Numbered from the stretch's first letter, positions 48,413 through 57,851 are shown. The stretch is DNA of 64,000 nt from an uncultured Methanosarcinales archaeon (GCA_964436645.1 CAYTDO010000003.1:939-64938); one strand, 5' to 3'. The notes: generated by a model not told the origin, from the sequence alone. Program-made: numbers and translations.

Positions 48413-49759
48413 TTATGCTTTGATATAATCGGTTATGAATTCTGCTGCTTTCAGATCGCATTTTCGGCAATTGCAGCTTATTTTATTTATTTCTTCAATA
48501 TCAGAAGTTTTGTATTTTTCCATGGCTGATTCTATATTTCTTAGCCTGTATTGGTATGGCATCCCATAATCTCCATTTATGCATTCGTTATTTTTTTGGA
48601 AATTAAGGAATTTGATGTCAAAATTGATCTGGTAGGCTAGAATCAGCAAAATGAGGATTATTATCAGGTTTTTTGCAATTTTTGGAAAGGCTTCCATCAA
48701 TAATGCAATTGCGGTTCCTATCATTATGAAATAAAGCGGGAAAAATGACACAAAATAATGCGAGTCTATTGTTTGGACTTTGCTTATGGCAAGGAAAAAA
48801 GTTCCGACTAGAAGCCATAAAACCAGGATTATAGACTTTTTTTTGTATGCCAATAAAAAAGCTATTGATAAGAATAATATTGACATTGCTAAAATATCAA
48901 AGAATTTTATTGTTAATGTTTGGCTTTCAAATTTATTGTAATCTTCTCCGAATAGAGCTTCAAAGCCGTTTGTAGTCATTAAACTAAAAGGCATTAAAAA
49001 GGTATTTGTATGAAAGTTTGATTCTGTGTTTTTTAGATTTATGATAGTTTTAATGTCAACAAAATCATTGTTTATTTGAAATATAAAGTAGGGTATGAAA
49101 GTTATAAGAAATAAAATAATTCCAATGCTTAGGTATTTTTTATTGATGTTTTTCCAGTATAGAGCTATAGCTATTATTGCTACAAGGAGGAAGTACAATG
49201 CTGAGAGGTGTGTTTGAATCAAAAGGCCTAATGTTATTAAAGCATAAATTAAATGCAATTTGTTTTTATCGTAGATTGCATTGTAAAGGAAGTAAATGAA
49301 TATTATTGCGAATAATGGCAATAAATCCTGCGACCATATCTTTCTTGAGAATAAAATCTGCCAGGGATTTACTGCGTATAATGCAGAGGCTATTATTGCT
49401 GCTGTTCTATTGTAGAATTTTTTAATGAACGAGTAGAGCAAAAATATTGCGAATACGTTTAGTATTGCAATGAATGCCGCTGCCATTACTGGATTTTTTG
49501 AGATTAAGTATTGGATTGCCAATAAGTATATGAATATTGGGGGCTCATGGATTCCTGTTGTGCCTATAGAGGCCGTCAATGGAAATTCTTTTCCCCCTGC
49601 AAGATTTGATGCTTTAATTGAGTTAAAGGCCTCGTCTCCCTTGAATTCCATGTATTGGATGTTGTGCAATCTTAGGAAGAGGGCTATCAAGATGATGATT
49701 ATTATTGGCAAATAATTTTTTATTTTGGATATTAGCGGTTTTTTATCTGTTTTTCCCAT
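48413..49759 (-). CDS. GT-C-fold membrane glycosyltransferase-like protein (second copy in the locus)
   Basis: 448 aa, about 12 TM helices, and an N-terminal periplasmic loop with MEFKGDEAFN. Cys-rich C-terminus CNCRKCD. Confidence 0.5.
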   Translation of the reverse strand: MGKTDKKPLISKIKNYLPIIIIILIALFLRLHNIQYMEFKGDEAFNSIKASNLAGGKEFPLTASIGTTGIHEPPIFIYLLAIQYLISKNPVMAAAFIAILNVFAIFLLYSFIKKFYNRTAAIIASALYAVNPWQILFSRKIWSQDLLPLFAIIFIYFLYNAIYDKNKLHLIYALITLGLLIQTHLSALYFLLVAIIAIALYWKNINKKYLSIGIILFLITFIPYFIFQINNDFVDIKTIINLKNTESNFHTNTFLMPFSLMTTNGFEALFGEDYNKFESQTLTIKFFDILAMSILFLSIAFLLAYKKKSIILVLWLLVGTFFLAISKVQTIDSHYFVSFFPLYFIMIGTAIALLMEAFPKIAKNLIIILILLILAYQINFDIKFLNFQKNNECINGDYGMPYQYRLRNIESAMEKYKTSDIEEINKISCNCRKCDLKAAEFITDYIKA

Positions 49760-49866
49760 TGGATTATTTTTACTTTAGTTTTTTAAAAGCTTGATTTTTA
49801 ATTATTCTCTTTATGGGTTTTAATGAGTTTATTAGTGGAAATTTAATATTGAGCCATATTATCTTC

Positions 49867-49989
49867 GAATTTTACGCTTGCACAGTGGCTCGCATCACAC
49901 GCGAAAATCGTAGATTTTCGGTGGCCTGGAAATCTTTGATTTCCATGATTTTTGCCATTAAATGGGCGGAGGCGCATTTTTTCCGCGCT
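49867..49989. repeat. ~125-bp hairpin-rich intergenic repeat, copy 3 of 3
   Basis: Same element as 12731-12853. Shares the 5' extension gaattttacgct with copy 1. The listed ORFs 49813-50022 (+) and 49843-50034 (-) are translations of this repeat. Confidence 0.65.
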
Positions 49990-50093
49990 CGGTATCTTAC
50001 TAACACGATAATACCTTACTAATATCCCTTTCATTTGTTCTGTTTATTATTTTATTGCTAAAATTAATAAAGCCTGTTCTATAACTGCTGCTT

Positions 50094-50789
50094 ATGGAGA
50101 AATTGCCGACAGGCAGCAAGGTGCTGGATACGATGCTGGAAGGAGGGTATGAGAAAGATGTCATTACCACAGTTTACGGTCCTGCCGGAGCTGGAAAGAG
50201 CAACCTATGCATACTTTGCGCGATGAATACTGCGCGCTCAGGGAAAAAAGTCATTTACATCGATACTGAGAATAATTTCTCCATTGAAAGGTTCAGGCAG
50301 ATGTGCAGCGCCATAAAGCTCAATTACGCCAAATTGCTCAATAATATTGTTTTTCTCAAGCCAGCTTCATTTGAAGAGCAGAAAAAAACTTTTGAGAAAT
50401 TAAGGGATCATATCAACGACAAGATAGGTCTGATTGTTTTTGATTCGATTGCAATGCTTTACAGGCTGGAGCTCGGGAAGACAGAGGATGTGTATGAGAC
50501 AAATAGGGAATTGGGGAAGCAGCTTGCTCATCTTAAAGAGATTGCCTCCAGGAAGCAGATTCCTGTTTTGATAACCAACCAGGTCTATGCTGATTTTGAG
50601 GAGAAAGACCATGTGAATATTGTTGGAGGAGATTTGTTAAAGTATGGGAGCAAATGCCTGATGGAACTGCAGATAACTCCTTCCGGAAACCGCAGGATTA
50701 TCATTAAAAAGCACAGGCACATTCCAGCAAACAGGGAAATAATCTTCAAGATTGTGGAAGGTGGGATTATTGGGACGAAGGAAGGGTAA
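50094..50789 (+). CDS. radB: RadB / KaiC-like RecA-superfamily ATPase
   Basis: Walker A GPAGAGKSN and Walker B LIVFDS. About 230 aa, lacking the RadA N-terminal domain. Confidence 0.7.
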   Translation: MEKLPTGSKVLDTMLEGGYEKDVITTVYGPAGAGKSNLCILCAMNTARSGKKVIYIDTENNFSIERFRQMCSAIKLNYAKLLNNIVFLKPASFEEQKKTFEKLRDHINDKIGLIVFDSIAMLYRLELGKTEDVYETNRELGKQLAHLKEIASRKQIPVLITNQVYADFEEKDHVNIVGGDLLKYGSKCLMELQITPSGNRRIIIKKHRHIPANREIIFKIVEGGIIGTKEG

Positions 50790-50808
50790 GTGGTTTTTGG
50801 TTCGTTTC

Positions 50809-51087
50809 TTAACAGTTTGCACTGGAAATGACTTCATATTGCACCGGACATTCGCGCGTAAGGCTTATAAATAAAAAATCCTGCCCAATCTTTTGCAGAT
50901 ATAAATCTGAGGGCAATAATCCATCATGACCAACCAATGGAATAACCTGGAAAGCCAAGGACAGGAAAGCAAACAGATAGATGAAGCCAATAAGCCTCAG
51001 AAAAACAAATCGTGTGTGCCAATAGCCAGAGGTTAGCTTGGACCGCCCCCACATTGTTTTAATGGTTTTCTCAATCAAATAAAACAC
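50809..51087 (-). pseudogene. N-terminal fragment of an HTTM-domain (vitamin-K carboxylase / LMF1-like) membrane protein, truncated after ~90 aa
   Basis: GYWHTRFVFLRLIGFIYLFAFLSLAFQVIPLVGHDGLLP matches the start of the HTTM domain. The frame ends at 50809 against the radB stop. Confidence 0.3.
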
Positions 51088-51238
51088 CTTTTTTGGAAAT
51101 GAATGTTAAGCTATTTAAGTTTTGCACTGACCCCCTAGCTTAAAAACTTTTTTCAAAAGATATTTAATGAAAGAAAGAAGAAAAGAAATCCCAACAAGGA
51201 ACTAAAATTTACATAATTTAACCGGCGCAACCGAACTT

Positions 51239-52120
51239 TTATTTCTTAAACTCGTACATAGGCTCTGAATCAAAATTCCAGAGCTCTTTCCAGCTGGATT
51301 CTATTGATAAAAAATCTATTTCTTTGCATTTGTGAATTATCGCGCTCTTAATTTGCTCAGATATAATCAGCTTCCCGATATTTTTTATTTTAGTATTTCT
51401 GCCTGAAGCAAGCACATAGTAAGTGCCATTGTATATCACTCCAAATCCAGCTGCCTCAACATTGCTGCCAATACTAACGCTTACAAAATCCGCCATTTCT
51501 TTGATTAACGCAATATTAGCAGCTTTTTTCATACTGCTGGCAAATTGCTTATCCCTAAAATTTGACTCTTTGCCAAACATAGCTTTATTCATGGCTATAA
51601 GCCTGTCAAAAACCTGCAATTTATTTTTTTCAATTGAATAATTTAATTCTTTCAGCTTCTTAAGGTCATAGTTCAGGTTTTTCCTGTGTTTTTTGTTAAA
51701 AAATTTCAAATAATTATCAAAGCTATTACCATATTTTTGCAGATTAAGAAAATATCTTTTATCTCCAAGCTCAAAATCATAGTATTTTGCTTCCTCCGAG
51801 GATATATAATAAATCTGAGTATCTTTAGGGCAGTTCTCAAAAAAAAGCTCAGCATTTTTTTTATCTTCAATCAAAAGCTTGTTCTGCTCAGGAAAATCAT
51901 CGCCAAAATAGGTAAAACTTCCATCGGACTTAGAGGAAACTAAAGGTAAAACCCCTATGGGCTTTCCATTCTCAGCCCCTAAAATAAAATTAAGCTTAAA
52001 ATCCTTAGTATGGAAGCATGATCTGAACTCCCATAAATCCCAAAGAGTCCGATTCTCACTGTATTTTTCCCAAATAGCTTTGCACTTGCTCTCTTCGGTA
52101 ATAACTTTAAACTTGGCCAT
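51239..52120 (-). CDS. FemAB/CelD-like GNAT-fold acyltransferase (hypothetical)
   Basis: 293 aa with a layout similar to BioF2/FemAB-family N-acyltransferases. Weak assignment. Confidence 0.4.
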   Translation of the reverse strand: MAKFKVITEESKCKAIWEKYSENRTLWDLWEFRSCFHTKDFKLNFILGAENGKPIGVLPLVSSKSDGSFTYFGDDFPEQNKLLIEDKKNAELFFENCPKDTQIYYISSEEAKYYDFELGDKRYFLNLQKYGNSFDNYLKFFNKKHRKNLNYDLKKLKELNYSIEKNKLQVFDRLIAMNKAMFGKESNFRDKQFASSMKKAANIALIKEMADFVSVSIGSNVEAAGFGVIYNGTYYVLASGRNTKIKNIGKLIISEQIKSAIIHKCKEIDFLSIESSWKELWNFDSEPMYEFKK

Positions 52121-52300
52121 CTAATCTCTATCGTTTGCTCCTGACAATAGAAAAAGTGTATGTTTATAAACTCTCTCAGGCCTGAATTTCTTCTTGAAAT
52201 TGAGCAAAATTGCCTGAACCTCCAAAATCAGTGCAATCATAGCCTACTCCTGTAAGCCGATAATTCAGTTTTTAGGTATTTTAAATATTTTGCATAGATG

Positions 52301-52509
52301 GGCTTCCATGAAAATGCAGGTTAGCAGCCTTGAGGCCGAGCCCCTTGCTAAGCACATCTAAAGAGTCCGAGGGGCCGCTCCGTGAGATGCGACGAGCGGC
52401 TTTTTAGCTCGCCGCCCGCAATTCACCGGACCTGACCGATGCTTTCAGCCCAGATGCAATGGGCTCGAAGCTGCTAACCCGTAGCGTAGCGGAGATTTTC
52501 ATGGAAGCC
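52301..52509 (+). mobile_element. intact ~209-bp GC-rich structured MITE-like element: perfect 15-bp terminal inverted repeats and perfect 9-bp target-site duplication
   Basis: TIR ggcttccatgaaaat (52301-52315) and attttcatggaagcc (52495-52509). TSD gcatagatg at 52292-52300 and again at 52510-52518. The interior is about 58% GC with a nested terminal helix GGTTAGCAGC/GCTGCTAACC and further helices (CCGAGCCC/GGGCTCG, CATCT/AGATG, CCGCTC/GAGCGG). A second copy lies at about 4746-4970. Confidence 0.7.
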
Positions 52510-52614
52510 GCATAGATGAGAACAAAGCCTAGTTACGGAGATTTTAAACAAACTTTTCCACAACCTTTTTAAACCGCTATTCGTAACTTTATACTCTAAC
52601 TAAAGGTAAGTTTC

Positions 52615-54123
52615 ATGCCTAAAGATACTGCTAAGGAAGAGAAGGAAGCAATCAAAACCCAGCACGACAAAGGTAAATTGACGGCTAGGGAAAGAATAGC
52701 TCTTTTGCTGGACAAAGGGAACTTCGTAGAGCTTGATGCCGGGGTAGAGTTGAGGAGTACTAATTTCGGATTGCAGGAAAAAAAGAAGCCCGGAGATGGA
52801 GTAATAACCGGCTTTGGAAAGATAAATGACAGGCCAGTATGCATTTTTGCCCAGGATTTTATATTCATGGGCGGCTCGATGGGAGAGATGCACAACAAAA
52901 AGATATCGGCCATCCAGGAGCATGCCTTGAAGATAGGATGCCCAATAATAGGAATATTTGATTCAGGGGGGGCTAGAATCCAGGAAGGCATTAATTCTCT
53001 TGATGCCGGCGGCTTAATTTTCAAAAACAACACTTTAGCTTCCGGAGCAATACCGCAGATTTCCATTATTCTAGGGCCATGCGCTGGAATTGCTGTTTAT
53101 TCTCCAGCGTTGACTGATTTTATTTTCATGACCAAGAAGATAAGCTACATGTTTATTACCGGCCCTAATGTTATAAAGACAATTACCGGGGAGAATATTG
53201 ATTTCGACGGTTTAGGTGGGCCAATTGCTCATTCTGAAAAAAGCGGAGTGGCGCATTTTATAAGCGAAGACGAGAAAGACTGTTTTGAGACAGTAAAACT
53301 GCTCCTAAGCTACCTTCCGCAAAACAATTTAGAAAATTCTCCTTATATGTCTGTGCAGGATAATGCTGAAAGGCAGAATACAAAATTAAAAAATATAATT
53401 CCAAAAGAAGACAAGAAGAGCTATGACGTCAATGATGTAATTAATGAGGTTGTGGACAAAAATACATTTTTAGAGGTGCAGCCGTTATACGCGCAGAATG
53501 CAGTCACTGGGTTGGCAAGATTAAATGGGCTATCTATTGGCATAGTTGCAAACCAGCCAAAGATTCTTGCTGGATGCCTGGACATAAACAGCTCTGATAA
53601 GATTGCAAGATTTGTAAGGCTATGTGATGCATTTAATATTCCTATTATCAATTTTGTGGACGTAACAGGATATTTGCCTGGAGTCAGCCAGGAGCATAAT
53701 GGAATAATAAGGCATGGGGCAAAAATACTTTATGCTTATTCGGAAGCAGTTGTCCCTAAGATCAGCCTTATCATGAGGAAGGCTTATGGCGGCGCTTATA
53801 TTGCTTTGGCATCCAAGCAGATGGGATATGACAAGGTCATAGCATGGCCTAATTCTGAGATTGCGGTAATGGGGGCGGAGCAGGCTGTAAATATTATTTA
53901 TAAAAAAGATATTGATGCTGACAAGAGCGGGAAAGTAAAGAAGGAAAAAATAGCTGAATATTCTGAAAAATTCCTAAATCCGGACGAGGCCGTAAAACAT
54001 GGCCAAGTCGATTTAATTATCGAGCCAAAGGACACCAGGAAGATACTAATCCGGTGCCTTGAGATGATTATTACCAAGAGAGAAAGAAGGCCGGCAAAAA
54101 AACATGGCAATATTCCGTTATAA
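52615..54123 (+). CDS. acyl-CoA carboxylase carboxyltransferase subunit (PccB / methylmalonyl-CoA carboxyltransferase family)
   Basis: 502-aa product with N- and C-terminal crotonase-fold CT domains and motifs matching propionyl-CoA carboxylase beta. Confidence 0.9.
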   Translation: MPKDTAKEEKEAIKTQHDKGKLTARERIALLLDKGNFVELDAGVELRSTNFGLQEKKKPGDGVITGFGKINDRPVCIFAQDFIFMGGSMGEMHNKKISAIQEHALKIGCPIIGIFDSGGARIQEGINSLDAGGLIFKNNTLASGAIPQISIILGPCAGIAVYSPALTDFIFMTKKISYMFITGPNVIKTITGENIDFDGLGGPIAHSEKSGVAHFISEDEKDCFETVKLLLSYLPQNNLENSPYMSVQDNAERQNTKLKNIIPKEDKKSYDVNDVINEVVDKNTFLEVQPLYAQNAVTGLARLNGLSIGIVANQPKILAGCLDINSSDKIARFVRLCDAFNIPIINFVDVTGYLPGVSQEHNGIIRHGAKILYAYSEAVVPKISLIMRKAYGGAYIALASKQMGYDKVIAWPNSEIAVMGAEQAVNIIYKKDIDADKSGKVKKEKIAEYSEKFLNPDEAVKHGQVDLIIEPKDTRKILIRCLEMIITKRERRPAKKHGNIPL

Positions 54124-54237
54124 AAATTGATGAATAAATCGCGAGGCGAGATTAGTGGCAAGACAATTTCGCCAAGCACTATATGTTGCCGCGAAGCGAC
54201 ATATTGAAGTTTAGAATTACTAAAATTTTTACTCCAA

Positions 54238-54627
54238 ATGGAAGATCTAACCATCAAAGTTGACGGCAAGGAATATAGCGTTAAGGTAGAGGAGACTGAA
54301 GATGGCAAGCTTCTGGTGCACTGCAATGGCGATGTCTATGAGGTTGAAACTCCATATAATAAGCAGGCGGCAATCTTCAGCAGGGCAAAGAGACAGGACA
54401 TAGAAGAAACCGGGAAATCTGCCATCACTGCTCCCTTGCCAGGTACAATATTCGAGGTCAAGATTAAGAAAGGGGATAAAGTCAAAGAAGGGGATTCCTT
54501 AATCAAACTTATTGCGATGAAAATGGAGAATGACATCACTGCCAAAAAATCCGGAGTGGTGCAGGAAGTAAGGGTCAAGAAGAATGATACTGTCAATAAG
54601 GATGATATTTTGGCCATTATAGAATAA
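54238..54627 (+). CDS. biotin carboxyl carrier protein (biotin-requiring domain)
   Basis: C-terminal LIKLIAMKMENDI contains the biotinyl-lysine AMKM motif. Confidence 0.85.
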   Translation: MEDLTIKVDGKEYSVKVEETEDGKLLVHCNGDVYEVETPYNKQAAIFSRAKRQDIEETGKSAITAPLPGTIFEVKIKKGDKVKEGDSLIKLIAMKMENDITAKKSGVVQEVRVKKNDTVNKDDILAIIE

Positions 54628-54809
54628 AAGGAGCATTATTAAGAAAACAGTAAATATAAATTCAATTAAAAATAATAAGAACCAATAGAAAAAAAATCAA
54701 TAACTAATGGAATATAATAAAATTAATATCATAACAATAAAAACACTTAAAATAAAATTTAAAAAATAAATTTAATTGAAAATTGACAAAATGAAGCGGA
54801 GGTAATCTC

Positions 54810-55388
54810 ATGGCGAAGAAAAAAACAGAGACTGGCGATAGAAAAAAACAGCAATCAAATCTGAAACTTTTGGTCTTCTCGGCTTTGTTTGCCGCTTTGA
54901 CGGCTGCAATAGCGCCTTTCAAGATACCTCTTTGGTTTACACCTGTTCCAATTACTTTGCAAACTTTAGCTGTCCTGATGTCTGGAGCAATGCTCGGGCC
55001 TTATTATGGAGCCCTGGCAATGATACTCTATGTTGTTGTCGGAGCATTGGGCCTTCCTGTGTTTGCTGGAGGGGGTTCTGGAATAGGAGCTCTTCTTGGG
55101 CCAACTGGCGGATATCTGATAAGCTATTTCATAGCAGCATTTGTAATTGGAAAAGTTGTGCAGATGAGAAAAGAGCCTAAGTATGTTGATTATGTTGTTG
55201 CAATGGTAGCTGGAACGCTTATAATCTATTTGCTTGGCGCTGGGTGGGCAATGGTTGTGCTTCCAGAGCTGACTTTAACAGCAGTCCTTATAGGATGGGT
55301 GCTTCCGTTCATAATTGGAGATACAATAAAGCTGCTCATAGCTGCGCATATAGCAAATACTGTCAAATTAAAGCAGTATTTGAGATAA
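54810..55388 (+). CDS. bioY: biotin transporter BioY (ECF S component)
   Basis: 192 aa, six TM helices, with BioY-like motifs PVPITLQTLAVLMSG and GGYLISYF. Confidence 0.8.
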   Translation: MAKKKTETGDRKKQQSNLKLLVFSALFAALTAAIAPFKIPLWFTPVPITLQTLAVLMSGAMLGPYYGALAMILYVVVGALGLPVFAGGGSGIGALLGPTGGYLISYFIAAFVIGKVVQMRKEPKYVDYVVAMVAGTLIIYLLGAGWAMVVLPELTLTAVLIGWVLPFIIGDTIKLLIAAHIANTVKLKQYLR

Positions 55389-55406
55389 ATCCTTTTTTGA
55401 GGGAAA

Positions 55407-56279
55407 ATGAGTTCTGCAAAGATTGAGCTATTGGATATTTTCTCATATAGCTGCATGAACTGCTTGAGGTCTTTAGAGTATATTAAAAAACTCGATAAAA
55501 GATATGGAAAATTTGGATTAGCTACTATATTAGTCCATGTTCCTGAATGGGAATTTGAGAAGAATAAGTCCAATATACAAAAAGCAATAAAAAAATACAA
55601 AATAAAATTCCCAAAAATAATCGATAAAGACAGAAAATTGCTGGGGAGAATGAAGATTAATTTTTGGCCTGCGCAAATATTGCTAAAAGATGCTCGAACG
55701 GAAATTCGAACAGAGTTCGGCGTCCACTACATGGAGTTCGGCACCAACTACGTTGATGGTAAGGAAGTTTACAGGCATGTTGGGGAGGGCAACTATAAAT
55801 TATTAGAGAATAAGATAAGAACTGAACTTGGAATAAATAAAATTAGCAAATTATTGTTTAAAACTGAGCCAAAGTATTCAAAGCATCCTACAATATATGC
55901 CGGCAGCAGAAAAAATGGAAAGGTCTCGGGATCATATGATGCAGAAGACATGAAGTATGGAACTATTTACGCTAACGGGTCTTTTTTGCAAAAAAAGGAA
56001 TATTTGGAAAGTATTGGCAAAGGATCAATAAAAATAAAAACGAGATGCAAAATAATCAATATTGTTGCAGAATCGTTAACAAAAAAATCAATAATGATTA
56101 AAATATCTTCCAATAAAAGAAAAAAAAAAGGAAAAAATCATAAAAAAATCAATACAAAAGTTATCAGAATATGCAATCCGAGACTATATACACTTAATCA
56201 ATCAAAAAAAACTAATCCGCAAATTTTAGAGATTGAAACTAATAAAGGATTGGCAGTTTATTCATTTTCATTTCAATAA
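55407..56279 (+). CDS. thioredoxin-fold (redoxin/TlpA-like) protein with a Lys-rich low-complexity C-terminal half
   Basis: SYSCMNC (CxxC), FPKIIDKDRKLLGRMKINFWPAQILL (redoxin-like with cis-Pro), then a K/N-rich tail. Confidence 0.45.
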   Translation: MSSAKIELLDIFSYSCMNCLRSLEYIKKLDKRYGKFGLATILVHVPEWEFEKNKSNIQKAIKKYKIKFPKIIDKDRKLLGRMKINFWPAQILLKDARTEIRTEFGVHYMEFGTNYVDGKEVYRHVGEGNYKLLENKIRTELGINKISKLLFKTEPKYSKHPTIYAGSRKNGKVSGSYDAEDMKYGTIYANGSFLQKKEYLESIGKGSIKIKTRCKIINIVAESLTKKSIMIKISSNKRKKKGKNHKKINTKVIRICNPRLYTLNQSKKTNPQILEIETNKGLAVYSFSFQ

Positions 56280-56315
56280 ATAATTTCAATCATAAAATAT
56301 CAAATTTAAAAAACA

Positions 56316-57014
56316 ATGATAGAAGCAAAAAATCTCCATTTCCAGTATGAGGGAGAAGCAGTATTGCAAAAAATAAGCCTAAGCATAAGGGAAGGGAGCT
56401 ATACTGCTATTATAGGGGCCAATGGCTCGGGAAAGACTACTCTTGCAAAGCATTTCAATGCCTTGCTTACACCAACGAAAGGCGCCGTTTTTGTCGATAA
56501 TATTGACACAAAAAAAGATCCTTTTGCAGTCAGGAAAAAGGTTGGTTTTGTGTTCCAGAATCCAGAGGACCAGTTGGTTTATTCTATTGTAGAGGAAGAT
56601 ATTGCTTTCGGGCTGGAAAACATTGGCATGGAAACAAAAGCAATGAAGGAGAAAGTAAATTTTATCCTTAAAGAATTAGGGATAGGGCATCTTGCAAAGA
56701 AGAATGTCAATGCGCTTTCAATGGGGCAGAAGCAGCTTACCGCTCTTGCAGGTGTATTGGTTATGAGCCCAAAATATATAGTTTTTGATGAGCCAACTAC
56801 AATGCTGGACAGCCGCAATAAAAATAATATTATGTCGATAATAAATCACATAAATAAAAAAAATAATATTGGGATAATAATGGCCACTAATGTGCTTGAT
56901 GATACAAAATATGCAGAGAATGTGGTTGCATTAAAGAATGGAAAAATAATATTCAATGATAAAAAATCTAAATTAAATCGAAAAGTTATCAAGGGGGCTG
57001 GTTTGGATGCTTAA
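56316..57014 (+). CDS. ecfA: ECF transporter ATP-binding protein (EcfA/CbiO)
   Basis: Walker A GANGSGKTTL, signature LSMGQKQ, Walker B IVFDEPTTMLD. Confidence 0.85.
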   Translation: MIEAKNLHFQYEGEAVLQKISLSIREGSYTAIIGANGSGKTTLAKHFNALLTPTKGAVFVDNIDTKKDPFAVRKKVGFVFQNPEDQLVYSIVEEDIAFGLENIGMETKAMKEKVNFILKELGIGHLAKKNVNALSMGQKQLTALAGVLVMSPKYIVFDEPTTMLDSRNKNNIMSIINHINKKNNIGIIMATNVLDDTKYAENVVALKNGKIIFNDKKSKLNRKVIKGAGLDA

Positions 57015-57729
57015 GAGGCTTAGCTTCGGCCAATATACGCATAAGGATTCTTTAATCCATAAATTGGACCCCCGGATAAAGGTACTAGCGGTTGTTATTT
57101 TAAGCGCATCGGCATTTTTGATAAAATCTTACTACAATATGTCCATGCTTTCCTTTCTTGTTTTGCTGCTTGTGCTCATTGCAAAAATCAATTTTTCTTC
57201 CTTGATAATAAATCTAAGGCCTTTATCCCCGATAATGATATTTATCCTTATAATGTATCTTTTATTCTCGCCAAACCAATTAGATAAGGGTATATTATCC
57301 ATATGGAGGTTTTTATTGTTCGTCGCTATAGCGCTTATACTTACTTTTACCACAACAATTAATTCAATGGTCACTGGAATAGAAAAAATGATTGTGCCAT
57401 TGAAATTTTTTAGAGTAAATCCAAGGACATTTGCATTGCTTATTTCACTGACAATACGATTTATTCCTTCGTTTTTTCTTTACGCAGAGCGTATTAGAGA
57501 TGCAAGATTAGCCAGGTTAGGCAGCCTGAAGAAGGCAAAGCATATCAAATTGCTGTTTATCCAGTTGCTTGACAGAATTTTCAAAAGCGCATCAACTATG
57601 AGCGATGCCATGGTTGCAAGGAGCTATACTGCTGAAAGAAAATCTTATTTCAATAAAATACATTTAAGGGCTAATGATTATATCTCTCTTTTTGTTTTAA
57701 TGGCTGCAGTATTGATTATATTAATTTAA
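57007..57729 (+). CDS. ecfT: ECF transporter transmembrane component (EcfT/CbiQ)
   Basis: 240 aa, about 5 TM helices. The position after ecfA and an Arg-rich coupling helix region (ERIRDARLARLG) fit EcfT. Confidence 0.7.
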   Translation: MLKRLSFGQYTHKDSLIHKLDPRIKVLAVVILSASAFLIKSYYNMSMLSFLVLLLVLIAKINFSSLIINLRPLSPIMIFILIMYLLFSPNQLDKGILSIWRFLLFVAIALILTFTTTINSMVTGIEKMIVPLKFFRVNPRTFALLISLTIRFIPSFFLYAERIRDARLARLGSLKKAKHIKLLFIQLLDRIFKSASTMSDAMVARSYTAERKSYFNKIHLRANDYISLFVLMAAVLIILI

Positions 57730-57851
57730 TGAGTGTATTGATTAATTGATCCAATTTATTTAGCTAAAATTGATTTTATTGGATTATTTAGCCTACTTAA
57801 TTGATTTAATAAGTTAGGATTGTTTTTAGAACTGGCTGCTTAGTTGGTTAT

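Noticed and set aside
49813-50034. 69-aa and 63-aa ORFs on opposite strands
   Set aside because: They are translations of repeat copy 3. Near-identical DNA at the two other repeat loci has no consistent ORF.
52425-52436. A 12-mer on the minus strand, GGTCAGGTCCGG, recalled from memory as part of bacterial 4.5S/SRP RNA domain IV
   Set aside because: The downstream AGCA/GNAR helix-8 motif is absent. The element has perfect TIRs and a TSD, so a mobile element explains it better than SRP RNA.
52596-53066. 156-aa minus-strand ORF, and other antisense ORFs inside the carboxyltransferase, gyrA, PEPC, aspC and flippase genes
   Set aside because: Each overlaps a strongly supported gene on the other strand and has Cys/Ser/Leu-rich composition typical of antisense frames.
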